Shown here: positions 50,937-61,365 of the stretch, in pieces | Numbering within the stretch: the stretch's first letter is position 1 | Layout of the letters: every line of letters starts with the position of its first letter | From: an uncultured cyanobacterium | Lineage (GTDB): Bacteria; Cyanobacteriota; Cyanobacteriia; Cyanobacteriales; CAWCAG01 | Assembly (NCBI GenBank): GCA_963803805.1 | Contig: CAWDOD010000011.1 | Coordinates: 192,001-256,000 of the forward strand | Length of the DNA stretch: 64,000 nt | Direction: 5' to 3' | Program-made: the position numbers and the translations under genes | Notes under the pieces: generated by a model | What the model saw: the letters and a program-made list of their open reading frames with translations, nothing else | The model's database searches: none | What the model was told of the DNA's origin: nothing

Positions 50937-52194
50937 GTTGAGGAGATTTTACTTCGGGTATTGCTGGTTGTGCTGGTAAAGATTGTGTTATTTCTAAAGC
51001 TTGAGCTAATAATTCTGATGCTTGTTCAGGTTTTCCTGCTTCAATTAAGTTTTCGGCAATTTCAATTAAGGCATCAGCTTTGTTATTAGAATCACGATAT
51101 TGCAAACCTTGAATTATTGCTATTGCTTGCTCATATTTTTCTTGCTGGACTAGTTTCATTGCCACTGTACGTAAGGTATTATTTTTTATGAAAGGCTCTT
51201 CAATAATATCAGCAACTTGCGAAGCTGAATCGTATTTTTCTGTTTCTAGTAATAAGGAAGATAATTCACTAAAAGCTTTGGAGCGAGTACAGAAATCTTC
51301 TATATTTTGAACTGTACCGATAGCGAGAATAGCTTCTCCTTGATTGATATATTTGTGAGCAATGTTAGCAATAATAATACTTTGACTTTTTTCACTATAA
51401 GCATTTTCTTTTCTCAGTCTTTCTGCAATCTCCATAGCCTGTTCAAATTGACCAAGAGAAGCTAAATTAATACCTATTTGCACGAGAGTATTGTCTCTAA
51501 CTTCTTTATCTAAACTTGCAGCAATAGTTAAAGCTTCTTCTTGTTTACCAACAATAACTAGTTGAGAAGCTAGCTGAGAAAGCAAATCTTCTTTTAAAAT
51601 CTGTCCTTCTAGCTTTCTAATAGTTTGTGAGGCTAGGGAAAGAATCTCAGAAGCTAGCTTTGTTTCTTCTACTTCTAAGTAAGAATCCGCTGCTTGTAAA
51701 TAAATTTTAGCAATATCGTAAAAATACGTCTGTTCAGAAAAGTCATCTTGATCGCTTCCAACTATGCTTTCAACTATTATGTTTAAAGCTTGAGAAGCAG
51801 CATCAACAGCTAATTTCTGTTCTCCCTTTTGAAGATAAGATTCTGCTAAAGTAACAAGTGTATCTACTTTGAGAGTTTTCGGTTTAATTAATTCAAGAGC
51901 CTTCGCTGCTTGTTCATAATCACCAATTGAAGCATATTGTTTTGCTATATCGCTCAAATGTACTTCTTGTAGAGTATAAAGGTAGAATGGAAAGCGATGC
52001 TGAGGAATAAAACGTGAGGTAGAAAAATTCTGTGGAGGAATGACACAGAATCTTGACAAAGGAATGGGATTACCAGGAAGACTATTACCATTTTCCTCAG
52101 ATGTTATCTCTGTTTCACTTAAAACTCTCTGAGACACTGTTAAAGCAGTCGAAAAAGAAATAAGAACAGCAAGAAAGATTCTAAATATTTGCAT
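50926..52194 (-). CDS. Exported TPR-like alpha-solenoid protein
   Basis: Signal peptide plus repeated ..G..EQA..IA helical units. Confidence 0.75.
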   Translation of the reverse strand: MQIFRIFLAVLISFSTALTVSQRVLSETEITSEENGNSLPGNPIPLSRFCVIPPQNFSTSRFIPQHRFPFYLYTLQEVHLSDIAKQYASIGDYEQAAKALELIKPKTLKVDTLVTLAESYLQKGEQKLAVDAASQALNIIVESIVGSDQDDFSEQTYFYDIAKIYLQAADSYLEVEETKLASEILSLASQTIRKLEGQILKEDLLSQLASQLVIVGKQEEALTIAASLDKEVRDNTLVQIGINLASLGQFEQAMEIAERLRKENAYSEKSQSIIIANIAHKYINQGEAILAIGTVQNIEDFCTRSKAFSELSSLLLETEKYDSASQVADIIEEPFIKNNTLRTVAMKLVQQEKYEQAIAIIQGLQYRDSNNKADALIEIAENLIEAGKPEQASELLAQALEITQSLPAQPAIPEVKSPQPNN

Positions 52195-52294
52195 AGTTTC
52201 TTGTTCATGTAATAAGACTTAAAAGCATAAAAAGTATAATATAAATCGATAGCTAGGACTGAATATTTAGGTTTTGATCAGAGCAAACTTAAGG

Positions 52295-52804
52295 ATGAAA
52301 GTATTCAATAGCCAAAGATTATTAACTAATTTAGCTGCCAGTTGCTTATTAGCATTAGCCGCATTGGGTGCAGATTTAGGTGTTAACCCCGCAACAGCAA
52401 AAGATTTACGTACAAGCATAATCGAAAAAGTTGATACCCTACAAACTTCTGGACAACGTTGGATTGAAATTAATCTCTCAACGCAGAGATTAGTTGCTTG
52501 GCAAGGGAACTCCCCTGTGTATGCAGTGATTGTCTCCACTGGCAAACCAGCAACTCCAACCCATCCTGGTATCTTTGCTATACAACGTAAATCCTCAAAG
52601 GAGAGGATGCGAGGTGCAAATTACGACATTCCCAATGTACCTCATGCCATGTATTACTATGGTGGTTATGCAATTCACGGAGCCTATTGGCATCACAATT
52701 TTGGTACTCCAGTCAGTCATGGTTGCACTAACCTTGCTCCCGATCATGCCAAATGGTTATACAATTGGGCCTCTGTAGGAACTGCTGTGATTATTCATCA
52801 TTAA
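52295..52804 (+). CDS. L,D-transpeptidase (YkuD family)
   Basis: [15 protein letters not shown] and AIHG...SHGC motifs. Confidence 0.92.
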   Translation: MKVFNSQRLLTNLAASCLLALAALGADLGVNPATAKDLRTSIIEKVDTLQTSGQRWIEINLSTQRLVAWQGNSPVYAVIVSTGKPATPTHPGIFAIQRKSSKERMRGANYDIPNVPHAMYYYGGYAIHGAYWHHNFGTPVSHGCTNLAPDHAKWLYNWASVGTAVIIHH

Positions 52805-52874
52805 ATGAAGGGAGCAGGGAGCAGGAAGTAGGAAGTAAAGGTAAAAGTGATAACTGTTTACTTATTACTTATAC

Positions 52875-55358
52875 CTATTTTGGCCAAGTAAAACGAAAAA
52901 TTGTCCCTTCCCCCAATTGAGACTCAACTTTGATAGTTCCTCCTTGGGCTTCAACTGTTTTTTTGACAATCGATAAACCAATACCAGTATTTTCAGTTTT
53001 ATCCCTTGCTTCTAAGGTTTGGAAAATGACAAACACTTTGTCATGGTATTGTGGAGCGATACCAGAACCATCATCTTCTACTACAAACTCATAAAATTTC
53101 CCTTGGTTTGTCACAGAAATTTGCACTTTGCCATCATCACGAGGATGATGTTTAATGGCATTGCCAATTAAATTAGTGAATACCTGTTGTAAAGGTAAAC
53201 GCTTCGTTTGTAAAATCGGCATTTCTGAGGCAATGGTAATTTGAAAATTAGGTGGTGGTGCAAGAAAATCAATGATCTCTTCAAGAAGTTCACCGACAGC
53301 AACTTCTTCACTTTGAACTCGGATACGTCCGACACGAGAGTATTGTAGCAGTCCGTTAATCAGGGCTTCCATACGATGAACTCGTCCTCGTAGCAAATCC
53401 ATCTGATGCTTCGTATCCTCAGTTAGACAAGCTTCTAAATCTTCTTCAATCCACTCAGATAAATTAGCGATCGCCCGTAAAGGTGCTTTCAAATCATGGG
53501 AGGTAACGTAGGCAAATTGGTCTAATTCTTGGTTGCGTTTTTCTAGTTGAGCGGTGGTAGTGAGTAAAATAGCATTAATTCGTGCTAGTTCATCAGCCCT
53601 AGCTTGTAGGATAGCTTCATGTTGCTGACGTTCGGTAACATCATTAAGGGTTCCCGATGTACCTAAAACTTCTCCTTCAGTATTATGATAAAGTTGAGCT
53701 TCTATTTCTAACCAACGGAATTGGCCAGTTTTAGTTTGACAACGAAATGTATGTTGAAACAATTCTTGTTTTTTTGCCATCAAAGCTTGGAAAAGTTTCC
53801 AGCATTTCTGTTGATCTTCCTCTCCATAAATGTAGTTAGTGAAGGGAGTACCAAGACTGTTGGCGATAGAGAAATCAGTAATTTCCCTCCAAGCTTTATT
53901 TAAGAAAGTCCAACAACCTTCTTGATTAGTTTGGAAAATAACTTCTTTAACACTATTAACCACAGAACGATGTTTTTGTTCACTAGCCGCTAAGGCAGCT
54001 TCGGCTCGTTTGCGTCGGGTAATATCATCAAAGGCAACCCCCACACATTGATCCGGCAAAGGAAAGGCTTTGATGCTAAAGATGTTCTTGTTTCCTAGCT
54101 CATGATTATAAGCAAAACTTTCTAAAACCTTAGCTTGCCCAGAACGAATTACCTCAACATAAGTATCAATAATAATTCTATTTTCTGCCCTCAAAAGTTT
54201 GGGAAAACAATCCTTCATCATTTGACCCATTTTATCTTGAAGAGATACTCCAAGTAGTTTACTCGCAGCAGGGTTAGTTGTTACTGATTGAAAGCTATGA
54301 GGATCATCGAGATCCTTTAAGCGCCAAACCACAAAGCCGATGGGTATATTTTCAACTATATCTTGATAAATTTTATTTTCTGCTTGGGCTTGTTGGGCAA
54401 TGTTGACAGATTCATCTTTTAGGCGGTTAGCTACTTCTAGCTGAGATGTCCTTCTAGTAACCCTTGCTTCTAACTCTCGATTAAGGCGAACAATTTCTGC
54501 TTCTGCTTCCTTGCGTTCAGTAATATCTTGATGGGAACCTACCATACGCATAGGCTTACCTGTTTGATCCCACTTTGCCTTTCCTTTAGCTAAAATCCAT
54601 TTGTAACTGCCATCTTTACAGCGTAAGCGATATTCTGCTAGGTACTGAGAATTCTGGTTATGGAGATGGGCTTCTAGCTTTTCTGATACTTGGTTAAAAT
54701 CATCAGGGTGAACTAAATCGTGCCATCCTTCATAGGTATTAGGAATTTCTTCGTCGCGGTAGCCAAGTACTCCTTTTAAATTAGGAGACATAAAAGCTTC
54801 ACCAGTAACAATATTCCAATCAAAAATTCCGTCTCCTGCCCCTTCTAGCGCCAATTGCCAGCGTTCCTCACTTTTCCTCAAAGCTTCTTCTGCTTTAACT
54901 ATGGGTTCTAGGGTTCCAGCCCATTCGGTTACAGCCCCTCTTTCCCCCCTCAAAGGTTCAGCACAGGCAAGAAACTGTTCATAAATACCCTCTCTATTCC
55001 GCAAGCGAAGCTGGACTTTGTAGGTGCTTTGAGAGGGCAGTGCAGCCTGCCATTTTTGTTGCACTCCCTCTCTATCGTCTGGATGAATTGCTTGAAAAAA
55101 CTGTTCTTTTGGTACAGTAGTTGTTGTTGGGTAGATATACTCTTGCCATTTTTGATTTAAAAAAGTTATCTCTCCTGCTTGATCAGCACACCAAATTAGG
55201 TGCGGTAGTGCATCTAAAAAACGTCTGTTTTGGAAAAAATGCTCACTTTGGTGGTTGGATAAGTTGCTCATGGTGAAGTGTGGTTTTTGGTTATCCCTTA
55301 GACGACAGGCAGCATTATGGTTTATAAATGGGGTAAAAGTGCGTAGATAAAATACCAA
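52875..55358 (-). CDS. Multi-PAS sensor histidine kinase (start may be ATG 55271)
   Basis: Four PAS-like domains (IHPDD, VHPDD), H-box SHDLKAPL, N-box NLIGNAIK, DDGSGI and GIGLS. Confidence 0.93.
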   Translation of the reverse strand: MVFYLRTFTPFINHNAACRLRDNQKPHFTMSNLSNHQSEHFFQNRRFLDALPHLIWCADQAGEITFLNQKWQEYIYPTTTTVPKEQFFQAIHPDDREGVQQKWQAALPSQSTYKVQLRLRNREGIYEQFLACAEPLRGERGAVTEWAGTLEPIVKAEEALRKSEERWQLALEGAGDGIFDWNIVTGEAFMSPNLKGVLGYRDEEIPNTYEGWHDLVHPDDFNQVSEKLEAHLHNQNSQYLAEYRLRCKDGSYKWILAKGKAKWDQTGKPMRMVGSHQDITERKEAEAEIVRLNRELEARVTRRTSQLEVANRLKDESVNIAQQAQAENKIYQDIVENIPIGFVVWRLKDLDDPHSFQSVTTNPAASKLLGVSLQDKMGQMMKDCFPKLLRAENRIIIDTYVEVIRSGQAKVLESFAYNHELGNKNIFSIKAFPLPDQCVGVAFDDITRRKRAEAALAASEQKHRSVVNSVKEVIFQTNQEGCWTFLNKAWREITDFSIANSLGTPFTNYIYGEEDQQKCWKLFQALMAKKQELFQHTFRCQTKTGQFRWLEIEAQLYHNTEGEVLGTSGTLNDVTERQQHEAILQARADELARINAILLTTTAQLEKRNQELDQFAYVTSHDLKAPLRAIANLSEWIEEDLEACLTEDTKHQMDLLRGRVHRMEALINGLLQYSRVGRIRVQSEEVAVGELLEEIIDFLAPPPNFQITIASEMPILQTKRLPLQQVFTNLIGNAIKHHPRDDGKVQISVTNQGKFYEFVVEDDGSGIAPQYHDKVFVIFQTLEARDKTENTGIGLSIVKKTVEAQGGTIKVESQLGEGTIFRFTWPK

Positions 55359-55476
55359 TGGCTATTAATATTTCTTAGCCAATGACCAATTCAGGTGGTA
55401 TATTATTGCGGCGCAACTCTCAAGGCAGATTACTAGATTTCTGTTAGAGAAAATTTAATTTTATACTGAATTAATA

Positions 55477-56199
55477 ATGAGTAAGATTCGCGTCGTTGTA
55501 ATTGAAGATCATAACCTGAGTCGAGTTGGTTTATGTGCAGCCCTACGACAAGATGAAGGTATTGAGGTGGTAGGTGATGCAGCCAATGCTAGCCAAGGAT
55601 TACAAGTTTTAGAAGCTACCCAGCCAGATGTGGCAATTATTGATATTGGCTTGCCAGATCGTGATGGTATTGAGCTAACGCAGCAACTGAAGCAAGCCCA
55701 AGGAGGTTTGAAAGAAGCTAAAACCAAGGTTTTGATCTTAACAATGCACAAGAATGAAGACTCTGTTTTAGCCGCTTTTGCTGCTGGGGCAGATTCTTAT
55801 AGTATTAAAGATATTAGTGTAGAAAATTTAATTCAGGCGATCAAGTTAACTAACGAAGGAAATTCTTGGATAGATCCTACCATAGCCCGTGTGGTTCTTA
55901 AACAAGCACGTCATAACAAGCCTGGTGCAAACGTTATAGTCAATGGTGAAGATTCCCAAAGAATTAAGGCTATTGAGCCAGAATATGAGCAAGTTTTAGA
56001 GACATACCCTTTGACTAATCGGGAATTAGAAATTTTGGAGCTAATAGTAGCAGGATGTAGCAATGCTCAAATTGCTGAGAAGCTATTTATCACCGTGGGT
56101 ACAGTTAAAACCCATGTTCGTAATATTTTGAGTAAGCTTTGTGCTGATGATCGTACTCAAGCTGCGGTAAGGGCATTACGTTCCGGGCTAGTTAGATAA
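55477..56199 (+). CDS. NarL/LuxR-family response regulator
   Basis: Receiver domain (IEDH, DIGLP) and LTNRELEIL...TVKTHV HTH. Confidence 0.94.
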   Translation: MSKIRVVVIEDHNLSRVGLCAALRQDEGIEVVGDAANASQGLQVLEATQPDVAIIDIGLPDRDGIELTQQLKQAQGGLKEAKTKVLILTMHKNEDSVLAAFAAGADSYSIKDISVENLIQAIKLTNEGNSWIDPTIARVVLKQARHNKPGANVIVNGEDSQRIKAIEPEYEQVLETYPLTNRELEILELIVAGCSNAQIAEKLFITVGTVKTHVRNILSKLCADDRTQAAVRALRSGLVR

Positions 56200-56330
56200 A
56201 AAGAATCTGGTGGGATTTCCATTTAGTTATTAAGTAAAAAAAGAAGAGATTTTAAATCCCTCCTTCTTAATACTTTAGCCGTAAAAATCTCTAGGTTAAA
56301 AAGCTAGTAGAAAGCTGGCAAAAACTAAAT

Positions 56331-56513
56331 TTAATCAATAGCTTTCTTGACTTTATCTTTAGCATCTTCTACGCTATGGCGAGCTGCTGCTTCTGCTTGC
56401 TTGGCTTTACCTTCGGCTTTATCTTCAGGATCACCAGTTACTTTTCCCATCATTTCTTGGGCTTTTCCTTCAACATTTTTAGCTGTTGCTTTGGCTTTAT
56501 CTTCAGTACTCAT
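56331..56513 (-). CDS. csbD: CsbD family protein
   Basis: EGKAQE..GKVTGD...AEGKAKQ; GAGG RBS. Confidence 0.88.
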   Translation of the reverse strand: MSTEDKAKATAKNVEGKAQEMMGKVTGDPEDKAEGKAKQAEAAARHSVEDAKDKVKKAID

Positions 56514-56829
56514 GATTGATTAACCTCATATTGCTTATATAATGAAAACCTGAGAAAACAGACTTTTCATTAAGTTTTTATTTGTTATTAGTAACCTAAC
56601 AAATTTGATTCTTCTTAGGCTTCCACCTGAAGTAATATTGAAAGAAATAAAAAACTAACTATTTAGTTATAGAAAATTAGTTTGAAGCAACTTTTCATCC
56701 CAAAGAGGTAGTAATAACAATTTTTAAGCAAAGTGGATTCTCTCTTCTGAACGAGCAAATATAGCTGAAAATGTTTTATAAGTTAATGAGGACAACCTAA
56801 AATACAAGTTATGAGGAATCAAAAAAAAC

Positions 56830-57261
56830 ATGATGAAAACTTTCTTTTTTAGCAAAAAACTTATTCAAAGAAGCCAAAATTGGTTAGTAAGTATCTTATT
56901 TTTATTCGGCCTTACCTTATTCAGTACAGTATTTTTACCTTCTTCACTAACCGCTAACGCAGCTACTTTAAACTCACCTCAACTTCTCTCAACTGTTAGC
57001 ACAATTAATGAAGCTAAAGAAGAAGCAGGAGAAGCTTTTAATAATGTTTTTGGTGCGGGAAGTACCGACCAAGTAGAAGGTAATTTTGATAAAGCAGTTG
57101 GTAAAACTCAACAAAATTTGCGAGGTGCAGATAACACTATAGAAGGTGCTGCTAAGCGAGTTAAAGGTAAAGTTCAAAGTGATATTGGCGCAACTAAAGG
57201 TAAAGCACAAGAAGCCGCAGAAGATACTGGTAATGTTTTAGAGAGAATCTTTGGTGACTAG
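56830..57261 (+). CDS. Exported CsbD/LEA-like protein
   Basis: Signal peptide plus QVEG...EGAAKRVKGKVQ CsbD-like repeats. Confidence 0.7.
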   Translation: MMKTFFFSKKLIQRSQNWLVSILFLFGLTLFSTVFLPSSLTANAATLNSPQLLSTVSTINEAKEEAGEAFNNVFGAGSTDQVEGNFDKAVGKTQQNLRGADNTIEGAAKRVKGKVQSDIGATKGKAQEAAEDTGNVLERIFGD

Positions 57262-57320
57262 AATTGTCCGTTTTCTAAATACAAACTATATAGTTTGATT
57301 TTCGTATAGTTGCAGTTGTT

Positions 57321-57355
57321 AAATAGGGAAAAAATAGACCATTTTTTCCCTATTT
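57321..57355. terminator. Hairpin terminator between convergent genes
   Basis: AAATAGGGAAAAAAT-N5-ATTTTTTCCCTATTT, a perfect 15-bp stem. Confidence 0.7.
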
Positions 57356-57476
57356 TATTTTATGGTAAGCTGATGTGCATTTAAACTGTGTATTACTCAA
57401 CTAGGAAATAAGCCCTAAAACCCTCCCCCTATCTCCCCATCAAACCTAATAAGTAAATTAAATGCCTGACAGCTTA

Positions 57477-58979
57477 TTACCCTTCTAAATCCCCTTCCAT
57501 AACAGTTGCGATCGCAGTTTTAGTATTAGCTTTAAACTCAGCTACATCCACTCGATTGAGGAGATAAATAGCCACAAGCATACCTAAAGCTTGGATCGCA
57601 AATACCAAACCATAGGCAAGCACAGGGTTTTTAAAAACTTGCTTACCAATATCTAAAACCACACCACCCAAAGAAGTAGCTAACCCCCTAGACATAGCTT
57701 GTGCCAAACCCCAAGCCCCGATAAAAGTACCAGCACTTTCTACCGCTGTTAAATCTAACATCAAACTAATACTGCCAATGGTGGCAATCCCGGCGGCTAT
57801 ACCAAACAAAAACACCGCACTTTTGAGAATATTTTCCTCTTGGGTAAAGCCAGCCAAAATAATTAAGCAAAAACAAATAGCAATCAGCAAACAACCAATT
57901 TTGGCAGTTAATTTTTTTCCTAAACGTGGCACGACTAAAAAACCAGTTGTACCATAACCCAACAAAATTCCTAGTCCCCAAAAAGCATTTAACTGAGTTG
58001 TTTCAGCGATAGACATACCAAAAACCTCACCGCCATAGGGTTCTAAAACCACTTCTTGCATAAATAAGCTAATGGTAAAAACTAGTAGGAAGGAAAAGAA
58101 AATTCCTGTTTGACGACTGGCAGTTAAAATTTTCAGGGATTTTCTGAGGGTCATACTATCTTCTCTTTCTGTAAAGGAAGAACGAACAGAGAAACGAGAA
58201 TATTTTTTTTCTACTCCTAAAGTAGCTATCAATGCTAGGGCGAAAACAACAATCGGGACAATAAGAAAAAGTTTGTTGAGGGGATTTTGCAAAACCTCTA
58301 GGGGAGTATCAATCATCTTTTCCCCCACTAACAAGCTACTACCAACATTAGCCCCTAAAACAATGCCAGATTGTTGAACTTTTTTTAAAAGAATGCCACC
58401 ACTGATGCCACCAATGACGATACCAACCATCAACATTGACCAAACTACAGAAACAATTTTCGAGCGGTTATCTTCTTCAGAAATATCTACCAACATGGCG
58501 GTAAAAGGGGTTGAACTAGAACTTAGTGCCAAACCAAAACAGACAAAAAGCAAAGCTAGCAAACCTGTCCACCCCATAGTGGCAGTATTCCAAACCCAAC
58601 CACCATTAGCACGGACTAAACTACCAAGTTGCCACACTACTTGTACTGCGAAAAACACAGCTAAGCCTAATAAAGCGGTTCCCAAGCGTACATAATTGGT
58701 ACGATGTCTACCAAACAACTTCTTAGAATCTGATAGCTGTCCAAACCAAACCCTAGCTGGAGAGACAAATTGCTGCATAGCCACCACTACACCAGTTATG
58801 GTAGCAGGAATACCCAACTCACTAATCATCACCCGGTTAAGAATTGCTAGGGTTAGCACTGACATTAATCCCAGCCCTAGGTTAAACAAACCAAGGCGAA
58901 ACATCGTAATTAAGTCAACTCTCGGAATTTTCCTAGAGTCGAAGTTTGTTTGTAGATTAGGAATATCGCCAGTAGTCAT
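57477..58979 (-). CDS. pucC: PucC/BCD-family MFS protein
   Basis: RLGLF, LNRVMISEL, RVWFGQLSD, LEPYGG and GAWGLAQA motifs. Confidence 0.88.
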   Translation of the reverse strand: MTTGDIPNLQTNFDSRKIPRVDLITMFRLGLFNLGLGLMSVLTLAILNRVMISELGIPATITGVVVAMQQFVSPARVWFGQLSDSKKLFGRHRTNYVRLGTALLGLAVFFAVQVVWQLGSLVRANGGWVWNTATMGWTGLLALLFVCFGLALSSSSTPFTAMLVDISEEDNRSKIVSVVWSMLMVGIVIGGISGGILLKKVQQSGIVLGANVGSSLLVGEKMIDTPLEVLQNPLNKLFLIVPIVVFALALIATLGVEKKYSRFSVRSSFTEREDSMTLRKSLKILTASRQTGIFFSFLLVFTISLFMQEVVLEPYGGEVFGMSIAETTQLNAFWGLGILLGYGTTGFLVVPRLGKKLTAKIGCLLIAICFCLIILAGFTQEENILKSAVFLFGIAAGIATIGSISLMLDLTAVESAGTFIGAWGLAQAMSRGLATSLGGVVLDIGKQVFKNPVLAYGLVFAIQALGMLVAIYLLNRVDVAEFKANTKTAIATVMEGDLEG

Positions 58980-59193
58980 ATTCAGATCCGTTTGAACAGT
59001 TACAGTTTAATTTTTAAGCTAAGGGGGGAAGTAGTAAGTAAAGATATACTGCCCTCCGCCAAGCTAACTTAATAGGGGCTTGCTTAAAAGCTTGGAACAT
59101 CATCCCCATAATTCCGAATCTGTATTCGCCTCCGGCAATTTTAACCGATGATTAGTAAAATGTTCGGCTTTTAGGTAAGCTTTTATCAATTTT

Positions 59194-60690
59194 TCACAAT
59201 GCCAAAGACATCAGACTTGCCACCATCTCCTTATCTGCTAACTCGCGTATCTCATCATTAACCAAAGGATAAAGTAAATCGTATACTTCCGGGTGAGCAT
59301 TTTTTGCTGCCAACAATAAAGGTGTTTCTCCCACACTCCAAGCATTTACATTTGCCCCAAACTCTAACAAAATTTGCACAACTTCTTTGTAACCTTGGTT
59401 AGAAGCAGACATCAAAGCTGTCCAACAATCTTCTTCATAAGCATCAACTTCTGCCCCAGCTTCAAGCAGAATGCGTACAACCTCTTCATGTCCGCCGTTT
59501 GCAGCCTCATGTAAAGGCAGACAGTCAAAACCATTGTTAACATTAGCCCCCGCAGCAACTAACTCACAAACTATTTCTAGCAAGCCTTGTTTTGCAGCAA
59601 AAACTAAAGGTGGTGTCTCGTACCAAACTGAAGCTTGAACTTTCGCCCCTAACCTAAGCAGTGTTTGCACAGCATTTAGGTTTTCACTCATCACCGCAGC
59701 GATAAGCGGTGTGACGTTTTCAGGAGTTTCAGCAAAATATTCTGGTGAGTCGAAACTATCTTCTGTTTCTCTACCTTCTTGCCTTTGCAAATACTCATCT
59801 AACATCACCGCCACAGCAGATAAATCTGAGAAAATATTTTGGGGATTGCCGTGGTGAGGTTGTAGTTGAGTGATGTAGTTGTGATGATGTTCTAATAAAG
59901 TATTGGTAGGACAGCAGGGATGAGAATAACGCCAGAGTCGAGAAAATTCCCTTTCTGCTTCTAATTCTGTGGTGGTAGTAGTCAGAAAAGTCTCATCAGT
60001 AAAGCAAGTCACAAAATCTACTCCCCCGAAGCATTTATCCATTTTCATTACCACCCCACAAACAGACTCATCAGGGGAACCATAGCCATAGCTAATTACA
60101 TCCCGAAAATGAGAAAAGGTCAATTTCCCTAAAAGTTGAAACCCTAAACTTTGCAACTCTTTATTAATTTCCTGAATTGGCTCTATTTCTTGGTGGCAAA
60201 TGGTTTCAAGATCCCTGCCATAATAAGTTCCATGTTCTCCGGTGAAGAGAATTTTCTTTTTACTAGGAGTTGTTGCCACCGGAGCAATTTCAATCTCTCT
60301 ATGCTCCTCATTTTTTGGGGAACCTTTTCCTAAAAGCGCTTTGATAAACTTAGTAAAGCTAGCATAAAAATTGCTTGTCTCTGGCTCAACATTCTTTATT
60401 GCTTCAGTGATAAATTCCTCTAAGTCATCATCTTCTAGTGTCTCAAACAAACAATCTTCAGAATCAAAATCAACAAGTTGAGAAGCTAAATTTACCTGCG
60501 CCCCCGCAGCTACTAATAACTCAATTATGGCCACATTACCTTGACTAGCTGCCAACACTAAAGCAGTTTGTCCCTTTTCATCTATGCTGTTAGCAGGAAC
60601 TTTTAACTCCTCAAGGATATATTTCACTTGTGCGATATTAACTGAGTGGATCGCCTCAAATAAACTTTGAACTTGGGGGTCTATGGCCAT
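59194..60690 (-). CDS. Ankyrin-repeat protein with a central non-ankyrin domain
   Basis: GQTALVLAA at the N-terminus and five C-terminal repeats (TPLIAA, PPLVFAA, LPLHEAA, TALMSAS, TPLLLAA); ATG at 60690 follows GAGGA. Confidence 0.85.
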   Translation of the reverse strand: MAIDPQVQSLFEAIHSVNIAQVKYILEELKVPANSIDEKGQTALVLAASQGNVAIIELLVAAGAQVNLASQLVDFDSEDCLFETLEDDDLEEFITEAIKNVEPETSNFYASFTKFIKALLGKGSPKNEEHREIEIAPVATTPSKKKILFTGEHGTYYGRDLETICHQEIEPIQEINKELQSLGFQLLGKLTFSHFRDVISYGYGSPDESVCGVVMKMDKCFGGVDFVTCFTDETFLTTTTTELEAEREFSRLWRYSHPCCPTNTLLEHHHNYITQLQPHHGNPQNIFSDLSAVAVMLDEYLQRQEGRETEDSFDSPEYFAETPENVTPLIAAVMSENLNAVQTLLRLGAKVQASVWYETPPLVFAAKQGLLEIVCELVAAGANVNNGFDCLPLHEAANGGHEEVVRILLEAGAEVDAYEEDCWTALMSASNQGYKEVVQILLEFGANVNAWSVGETPLLLAAKNAHPEVYDLLYPLVNDEIRELADKEMVASLMSLAL

Positions 60691-60793
60691 AATTCCTCGC
60701 TCCCTTTTATAAGATTGAGCATACCCCAATTCTTGACAAGAGTTTCTAATAAAGATGCTTAACAGTTAGAAATTTAGCAGTTTTTAGGTTGGG

Positions 60794-60825
60794 GCGATCG
60801 CAAAGCGTCTCCGTAAGAGAATTGC
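60794..60825 (+). mobile_element. Second 24-nt SDR5-like element, in a degenerate HIP1
   Basis: GCG-ATCGCAAAGCGTCTCCGTAAGAGA-ATTGC; 18/24 identical to the dnaA insert. Confidence 0.65.
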
Positions 60826-60839
60826 CTTTTCTCAATTGA

Positions 60840-61064
60840 CTAAAATTTATTTTGATTGAGCCATTGTAGCAAAATAAACAATAACCGAATCAATGCGATC
60901 GCAATTGTCGCTTCTGGATTTAGCCAGCTTATCAGGGTGATTGTCGTGATGGCGATCGCTTTTAAGAGAGAGGGATTGATTTTAGGTTTCTTTGGTGGTT
61001 GAGGTTTGGTAACACAAGGAACAACAATTATGATTTTGGTTTCGGGTTGCTTGACAGGTTTCAT
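60840..61064 (-). CDS. Small basic Pro-rich protein with hydrophobic C-terminal helices
   Basis: 74-aa ATG ORF, divergent from the Roco gene and upstream of the ankyrin gene. Confidence 0.5.
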   Translation of the reverse strand: MKPVKQPETKIIIVVPCVTKPQPPKKPKINPSLLKAIAITTITLISWLNPEATIAIALIRLLFILLQWLNQNKF

Positions 61065-61365
61065 GAGTTTGCTTGGTTTGCATTTGATTAATTACAAACC
61101 TACAAACTTTGAAATTGAGGCGAAAGAGCTAGTAAATGCGAGTAGATAAAAGCATTTTCACGCATTGTTTTGCAGAGGCTTATTTATTAGTGACTCGGCT
61201 AAAATTGTCTGTTAGGGCGGGTTTATTTGGTTTAATGTTAATCTCAGGATTAGACTCGCGCCCCTGCTGTTGGAAGATTTTATGCCTGTCATGCCGCTAT
61301 AAATACTCGCGCACTTATACGCATTGTTTCGTTAAATTAGAGAAAGTTTTAGTGGCTACCTACCC

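Noticed and set aside
943-60333. Numerous antisense or overlapping ORFs in the track (e.g. 943-1329, 26035-26406, 32197-32673, 40619-41182)
   Set aside because: They are shadows of well-supported genes on the opposite strand or in another frame.
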